From IMG/VR virus record IMGVR_UViG_3300017705_000016, positions 1 through 26,896 of that record: a DNA stretch of 26,896 nucleotides. The stretch is one strand, 5' to 3'. This DNA is from a virus (taxonomy: Duplodnaviria; Caudoviricetes). This document shows positions 21,963 through 26,896 of this stretch, one piece after another (position 1 is the first letter of the stretch; every line of letters starts with the position of its first letter). The notes under the pieces were generated by a model. It was not told the DNA's origin. It made no database searches and was given only the letters and a program-made list of their open reading frames with translations. The position numbers and the translations under genes were made by a program.

Positions 21963-24247
21963 TATCGCCTCCCGTCCGGACGGATGTTCATGCGTAGGTC
22001 ACCCAGCGTCCAGTTTATATCCAGCGAGGAACTCTCTACACGGACCACGGCTTGCCGCCCTCTGGCTCTAATGAAAGACTGTTGCGTACTGTTTGTAACA
22101 TTACTTGTAGACTGGGTCTGCAAGGAATCTAAGGGAAAGTTTCGCGTTTTTACCAAATAGTTTACAGAACCAGAATTGTCGCTGCTGGTATCATTAATGC
22201 GAAGATCCGGAATAAGCTTGTCCACAAACATAAACTGCTCACCGTCGCCAAGGTCAAAGTCTGTAGATTCAATGAAACAGGACATTGCGCTGCCGTCGTC
22301 GTTCTGACCGCTTTCGTGGTTGTATATGTACTGAGCGCCACCAGAAGCGCCCCCGGCTCTTGGATTATCGTGCGCCCCGGAATCCACCCACGCCGTTCGT
22401 ACCAACGTTCCAATGTCCCACGCGCCTTCTACGTGATTAAACTTAACGTATCGGTCTATCTCTTCTGAACTAGCGGAGGCATAAAACCAGAAGATCTCAT
22501 CGAACAGTTTGTTGGAAGCGGCAAAAAACTTGTAGTCCTGAGAGTTGTTTATGTCCGAAAAAACATGCTCCAAGACCGTGCATGGTATGACCTGGGTGCG
22601 TCCGCTATATGCGTAGAAGTTGTTTCTTCCCATCCAAAAGGCTTTGTCGCCAGAGGCGACGGCAGCATTCGGACCTATGATGGAAATGTTGTCAGCAAGG
22701 AGACTAAACGTAAACGTGTACGGAGGTCCCGTAAAACGCATCGCATGTAAAGAAGCATCCGTCCAAATCAATACCTCCTGGCGAGTTCTGTGTGCGGTAA
22801 GTATCTCAGATCCAGAAGATATTCTTTGAGAACCTGCTGTGTTTGTTGCGGTAGGATACCAGTCGAAAGGATTTTCCTGGTCACTCCACCGGACCATCAA
22901 AAGGTCCTGGTTCGTATCGCCTATCGGGTTAGCCCCGAAACATACCAGATGCCTGTCGGATCCTGAAAGCATCATACGCCGCACTACTGTAGGCGCACTA
23001 ACGGCACCCGAAGAATCCGCCAGAGAAACGGCCCTAGCTGTTAGACCCAACGTTTTATCCCAATAATATGGCGTTCCATCGAAAGCGTTAAAGGTGAGGT
23101 CTTCACCCCAGTTATCTTGGGACCAAAGGCGAATGTTGGAACCTGCGGAGGTTGTTATGTTTGCGGCTTCACCCCAGCCTACAAAAGCGTTCGCTTCTTT
23201 GACCGCAACGTCGTCATCGTGAGCCGCCGCCGTTGTGCCACGGACTCCTCTAACCACCCCCGCGTCTATAGTGTTCGTGCTCTTGCCGGTGTATTGGATA
23301 AGTTCGTCGTCTATCAGCATAATTCCGACAAATGCTACACTCGCACCACTGCTACCCGCTGCCGCAGTCGTTCCATCTGCGCCCCGTGTGAGATCTGAAA
23401 GGACATTAGAATTATTGTTGCCGTACTCAATCTTCTCACTACCAACTAGAATGGTCCCCTTGGAAGCAAACGACGACGAATCTGCTAGGGGTATCGACGT
23501 GCTAACGTCCGTTATGTTGGCCGACAACGTGGTAGAAACAGCTTCAAAGTCTGACGCGGATGTTAGGGCTAAAGACGTGACTGAGTTGTTAATCGCGCCA
23601 TCAAGCGTTGTTTCAGAGAAAGAACTGCTATAACCACCCCACAAACCGGCTCCCCACCCCGTTCCCGGAACAACTACCCCGAGACCCGCGCTGATTTGAT
23701 AGGCCGCAACAACAGCAGAACCTCCTCCTGCGGTGCTCCCGGAAGACGCGCTCCCCGCCGTAGTCACGGTAAAGGTGTTTGAATTAATAACCGTAATTTC
23801 AAATTCAAGGTTTATCTGAGCCGCAGTCACGCCATCCGTGGTCGTCGCTCCGGATATTGTAACGAAATCACCGGTCCGCGCTCCATGGTTAACGTCCGTA
23901 AACGTGATTACGGCACTCCCGGAAGATCCTGTTGTGATAGGGTTTGAGCCCAGGGTCTGGGTTCGTCTTAAAGGCGTTATGTCATTAAACGTTCCGCCCT
24001 CTTCGATATAGAACTTCTCTTCGGTGCCAACGCCCATTAATTTAGAGGCATCTAAGGCTGAGAATACGTGAAGGGACCTAGTAGTTCCTTGCACAGAATT
24101 TGAGCTTATCTTACTCCAGCCCCCCAGCTTCTCCGCTCTTCCCTTGCGGAAACGGATAAGATTAGAGTCAAACCAGCCGTTCTCCGCCGCGTAGGAGGTG
24201 GATTCTTTATTAACTCCAGGGTTAAATGCTACCTTGGTTAACGGCAT
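21962..24247 (-). CDS. Tail nozzle / packaged-DNA stabilisation protein (P22 gp10-like) with inserted beta domains
   Basis: N-terminal PGVNKE...WFDSNLIRFRKG..EKLGGW, beta-propeller-like VRWSDQEN..DW.PT.TN.AG and EIFWFY, C-terminal RARGRQ...W.LG..R....PDGRR. Confidence 0.8.
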   Translation of the reverse strand: MPLTKVAFNPGVNKESTSYAAENGWFDSNLIRFRKGRAEKLGGWSKISSNSVQGTTRSLHVFSALDASKLMGVGTEEKFYIEEGGTFNDITPLRRTQTLGSNPITTGSSGSAVITFTDVNHGARTGDFVTISGATTTDGVTAAQINLEFEITVINSNTFTVTTAGSASSGSTAGGGSAVVAAYQISAGLGVVVPGTGWGAGLWGGYSSSFSETTLDGAINNSVTSLALTSASDFEAVSTTLSANITDVSTSIPLADSSSFASKGTILVGSEKIEYGNNNSNVLSDLTRGADGTTAAAGSSGASVAFVGIMLIDDELIQYTGKSTNTIDAGVVRGVRGTTAAAHDDDVAVKEANAFVGWGEAANITTSAGSNIRLWSQDNWGEDLTFNAFDGTPYYWDKTLGLTARAVSLADSSGAVSAPTVVRRMMLSGSDRHLVCFGANPIGDTNQDLLMVRWSDQENPFDWYPTATNTAGSQRISSGSEILTAHRTRQEVLIWTDASLHAMRFTGPPYTFTFSLLADNISIIGPNAAVASGDKAFWMGRNNFYAYSGRTQVIPCTVLEHVFSDINNSQDYKFFAASNKLFDEIFWFYASASSEEIDRYVKFNHVEGAWDIGTLVRTAWVDSGAHDNPRAGGASGGAQYIYNHESGQNDDGSAMSCFIESTDFDLGDGEQFMFVDKLIPDLRINDTSSDNSGSVNYLVKTRNFPLDSLQTQSTSNVTNSTQQSFIRARGRQAVVRVESSSLDINWTLGDLRMNIRPDGRR

Positions 24248-24249
24248 TT

Positions 24250-24831
24250 CTACAAACCTAGTTCAGGCCAATCATAAAGGATACCGGATTTGGTGGTCTT
24301 GCCATCACTGTCCGTTGTCCATTTGAGGAACAACGCCTCAACCGCGTCAGTGTCCGCAGCGTTATCAATGGCCGTTTCCATCTCTGTTGCCTTGGTGCGG
24401 ATAGCGTCTCGATACGTCTGAATGTTAGACGGAATCGCTGTGCCTTTGTCGGCTTTCCGCACTATGGCCCAATCGGTTTGAGCGAGGAGAGATGCTTGTT
24501 GAGTTTTTACCTCATTCTTGAGGTTACTTTTGACCCCAAGCGTTACAAGTTGGTTGCCGTCGCTACCAAGAACAGCCTTTCCGTCTTTATCGACTTCATT
24601 CACGTCGGCCAATGTCTTGGCTGTAGAGGCAACGCTTCCATCGTCATTATGAGATGACCGATAAAGCCTCTGATCAGGGAACGACTGCATTATAACCTCA
24701 GAAATACCAGCCGCTTTCTTCTCATCTTCAGGCCATATATTCCAGTTTTTAGGCTGTAGGGTTCCGTCCGCATCTTTCCACGCCCGTCCGGGCCGGATCG
24801 TCTGGTCGCCCACTTTAAAAATAGAAGTCAT
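24250..24831 (-). CDS. Putative tail fibre assembly chaperone
   Basis: LLAQTDWAIVR...IQTYRDAIR and a C-terminal DWP motif. Lies downstream of the tail fibre. GGAG SD. Confidence 0.7.
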   Translation of the reverse strand: MTSIFKVGDQTIRPGRAWKDADGTLQPKNWNIWPEDEKKAAGISEVIMQSFPDQRLYRSSHNDDGSVASTAKTLADVNEVDKDGKAVLGSDGNQLVTLGVKSNLKNEVKTQQASLLAQTDWAIVRKADKGTAIPSNIQTYRDAIRTKATEMETAIDNAADTDAVEALFLKWTTDSDGKTTKSGILYDWPELGL

Positions 24832-24845
24832 CTTTCGTCTCCAGT

Positions 24846-24962
24846 TTATCTTACGCGCATATGCGACTTTGGACCCAGCTTCTTTCGGTGCCGAAGATGA
24901 ACAGGCTTACTTCTGCGGCGGATTATCTTTCTCTCTACCTTAGTCGCTACTTTTTGAGCCAT
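24846..24962 (-). CDS. Highly basic 38-aa peptide MAQKVATKVERKIIRRRSKPVHLRHRKKLGPKSHMRVR
   Basis: Not in the ORF track. Fills the gap between fibre and chaperone, has an AAGGTG SD, and its stop is followed directly by the next gene's SD. Confidence 0.65.
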   Translation of the reverse strand: MAQKVATKVERKIIRRRSKPVHLRHRKKLGPKSHMRVR

Positions 24963-24969
24963 GTTCTTA

Positions 24970-26895
24970 TCACCTTGCTCTCGCCTGTGCCACGCCTGAT
25001 CCGCCGAATGGGTTCTCCGCAAATGCTAGATAGATATATGTAGCAGAGCCATTATACCCACCATTCGTAGTTCTCAACTTAAATCCATTAGCCGTGAAAT
25101 CGAGAGGGTAACCCCATGATGCCTCACCTGACGAATCGTTGGCATTAAGTCCTTCGCCCACAGGATTATAAGGAGACATAGCTGAGTTATGTATGTGCCA
25201 GGAATAGCCGTCTTCTAGTCTTTTCAACATAACCCACGCTGGTAGGAAACCAGACGCGCCGTCATCCACCACAACATAAAAGCCATTGGCGGCGTTATTT
25301 CCAGTATAAGTTCCAATACCAATCAACCCCGGTGTTTTTGCAAAGCAGTACGCCACCATTGCATCAGATGATCCATTGGTATTTGTCACGCTGCCTACTG
25401 AGAATACGGAAGATGTTGGCGCAGTATCGTTCCAATATGTGGAATCGTCCGCCGTAGGCCCCGCAAGGTTAAGAACAAGATACTCAGTTTCAGGCGCTGA
25501 CGTATTGCCAGAGTGGTACACTGCCCAATTATCAGTGTCCGCAAGGTTCTTCGTGATAATCACCTCTGGAACGCGGGATAGGCCATGTCCAACTGTGGCG
25601 TTGGCGGCAGTTCCTGTGTATGTGGAAATACTAAACCCACCGTGGGTGGCGACAGATGTCTTAGTGGTGTTGATAGAGCCGGTAGTATTGCTCGACCCAG
25701 CCCCACCAGCTTTTAAGCAGAAGGCCACATAGTCTTCTGTATTAGTATTTACCGCTACGTTGTTTCCTACCGTAAATCCATCGCTATCAAATGTGGATAA
25801 ACTTTCTGTGTCCGTTGCACTTGCCGCAGTGGTGTCACTGCTAATGTATTTGGTCACCCCTCGGGCAGCATCAAACAGCATATGACTGTCAGTGGCGTCA
25901 CGGTTCTTGATCCACACGAAATCAGGTTGGAAGCCAACACCCGTGACTGCCTTGCCCCCAGAACCAATCGCAGTACCGTTGCCCGTGTATAAGACGGTCT
26001 TGAAAAAGTCACTGGAGTTGGTGACAGTCGGAGCCGCAAGATTGGCGGTTCCCCACCCAACAAAACCGGAAGTCGGTGTATTTTCAAACGCTCGCTGTCC
26101 TGTGTTTATGCGAATGTCGCCAGTTGGTGAACTACCTTGTAGCCATGATCCCCACACCCACTGATCGTATGTGGTTGATATAGTGATGGTGCCTTGGCTT
26201 ACGTTGTTCTTGAAGAACTCCAAACTATCGCCATCAAAGTCCGCTTCCATGCGGATGAAGTCGCCAGTGGTGTAGGAGGCAGGGGCGCTACTGTCTGTAC
26301 CGCCAAACTGGAAATTACCGGCTGAATTATAGTTGAGTCTCCACGTTCCGTCGTTATCCCAATACTGCTCCGCTAATGACCCATTACCAAGGCCAATCAT
26401 CCCAAGGTGCGTCCAATTAGCCACATTAACAATTTCAAATTCCACGACCAGCTTTACACCGCTACCACGGGTAACAGCTATGGTTCCTACTAACTTTTGG
26501 TCAGTACCAGCGCACCGCTGGTTTCCTTCCGACAAGGTTATAGAAGTCGGCGTATTTGCGTTGATGATAGCGAAATTAGCAATATCATTATCAGCATCAT
26601 CAGTGCATGTGTCAGTCACCCGCTGCGCTGCTGTCATGGATGTATCGGTGAAGTGATTATCATTTCCCGAAACATCAGTTCCCGCACCGTTGCCTGTACC
26701 GGGAGCTACTGCAAAATCTAACCAGAATGAATTATTACCAGTAAAATCTAATCCAGATGGGTCAACCGGCACAGGAACCCCGTTGCTATCCGTATCTACA
26801 AGATCAGTAATCGCAAGGTCGCCGCCGATAATAGATTGGCCGTCTAAATTGATGAACTCTGCGAGGTACAGCCCCGGCCCTCCACCAGTTTGTGG
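24970..26895 (-). CDS. Tail fibre / receptor-binding protein with LamG/SPRY (concanavalin-like) and DUF7483-like domains, 5' end outside the window
   Basis: The frame stays open from the window edge (PQTGGGPGLYLAEFINLDGQ...) through the listed ORF. SPRY-like LEFFKNNVSQG, repeated YTGNG..GFQPDFVWIKNR units, C-terminal YIYLAFAENPF. Confidence 0.8.
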   Translation of the reverse strand, partial: PQTGGGPGLYLAEFINLDGQSIIGGDLAITDLVDTDSNGVPVPVDPSGLDFTGNNSFWLDFAVAPGTGNGAGTDVSGNDNHFTDTSMTAAQRVTDTCTDDADNDIANFAIINANTPTSITLSEGNQRCAGTDQKLVGTIAVTRGSGVKLVVEFEIVNVANWTHLGMIGLGNGSLAEQYWDNDGTWRLNYNSAGNFQFGGTDSSAPASYTTGDFIRMEADFDGDSLEFFKNNVSQGTITISTTYDQWVWGSWLQGSSPTGDIRINTGQRAFENTPTSGFVGWGTANLAAPTVTNSSDFFKTVLYTGNGTAIGSGGKAVTGVGFQPDFVWIKNRDATDSHMLFDAARGVTKYISSDTTAASATDTESLSTFDSDGFTVGNNVAVNTNTEDYVAFCLKAGGAGSSNTTGSINTTKTSVATHGGFSISTYTGTAANATVGHGLSRVPEVIITKNLADTDNWAVYHSGNTSAPETEYLVLNLAGPTADDSTYWNDTAPTSSVFSVGSVTNTNGSSDAMVAYCFAKTPGLIGIGTYTGNNAANGFYVVVDDGASGFLPAWVMLKRLEDGYSWHIHNSAMSPYNPVGEGLNANDSSGEASWGYPLDFTANGFKLRTTNGGYNGSATYIYLAFAENPFGGSGVAQARAR

Positions 26896-26896
26896 G

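Larger units (their letters stand above)
1..26896. mobile_element. Fragment of a dsDNA tailed bacteriophage genome (podovirus-like; replication module plus tail/ejection/lysis module)
   Basis: Densely packed and often overlapping genes for PolA, primase, helicases, SSB-like protein, nozzle, tail fibre, ejection proteins and endolysin. No host housekeeping genes or integrase in the window. Confidence 0.95.

Noticed and set aside
24970-25400. Diversity-generating retroelement target at the fibre C-terminus
   Set aside because: No reverse transcriptase and no template/variable repeat pair is visible in the window.
10457-26721. Plus-strand ORFs opposite the virion genes (e.g. 12022-12552, 14200-14643, 21428-21901, 23235-23633)
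   Set aside because: Antisense shadows caused by codon bias of the real genes; no independent coding evidence.
1-26896. Alternative genetic code or stop-codon reassignment
   Set aside because: Long ORFs read through in the standard code and TAA, TAG and TGA all end genes. The only break (7730) is a frameshift.

Overview
The whole window is a fragment of a dsDNA tailed phage genome with podovirus-like architecture. No host genes, tRNA, rRNA or CRISPR array are visible. The left part (1-8067, minus strand) is a replication operon: a gp33-like gene split by a 1-nt frameshift, an SSB-like protein, an AEP primase, an XRE HTH, a UvrD-type helicase, NDT-like and DUF6378-like proteins and a family A DNA polymerase (Leu762 type). 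Downstream of these is a small unit missed by the ORF track: an RHH regulator, a 22-aa hydrophobic peptide and an MT-A70 methyltransferase. A divergent promoter region leads to a plus-strand SNF2 helicase and a lower-GC gene that fuses an HTH to an RNA polymerase alpha-CTD-like domain. The right part (10132-26896, minus strand) is the end of the virion operon: tail fibre, basic peptide, tail assembly chaperone, gp10-like nozzle, two small virion proteins, five Cys-free putative ejection proteins and an M15 peptidase endolysin. By recall rather than by search, the gene order resembles marine HTVC023P/CRP-901-type phages of Alphaproteobacteria. The strongest leads are the HTH-alphaCTD fusion, a shared (A/N)KGGIMS / ANGGMM motif across the ejection proteins, a duplicated module followed by an antimicrobial-peptide-like helix in one ejection protein, a nested domain duplication in the nozzle, and the RHH-peptide-MT-A70 cassette. 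All family assignments come from motif recognition by eye.
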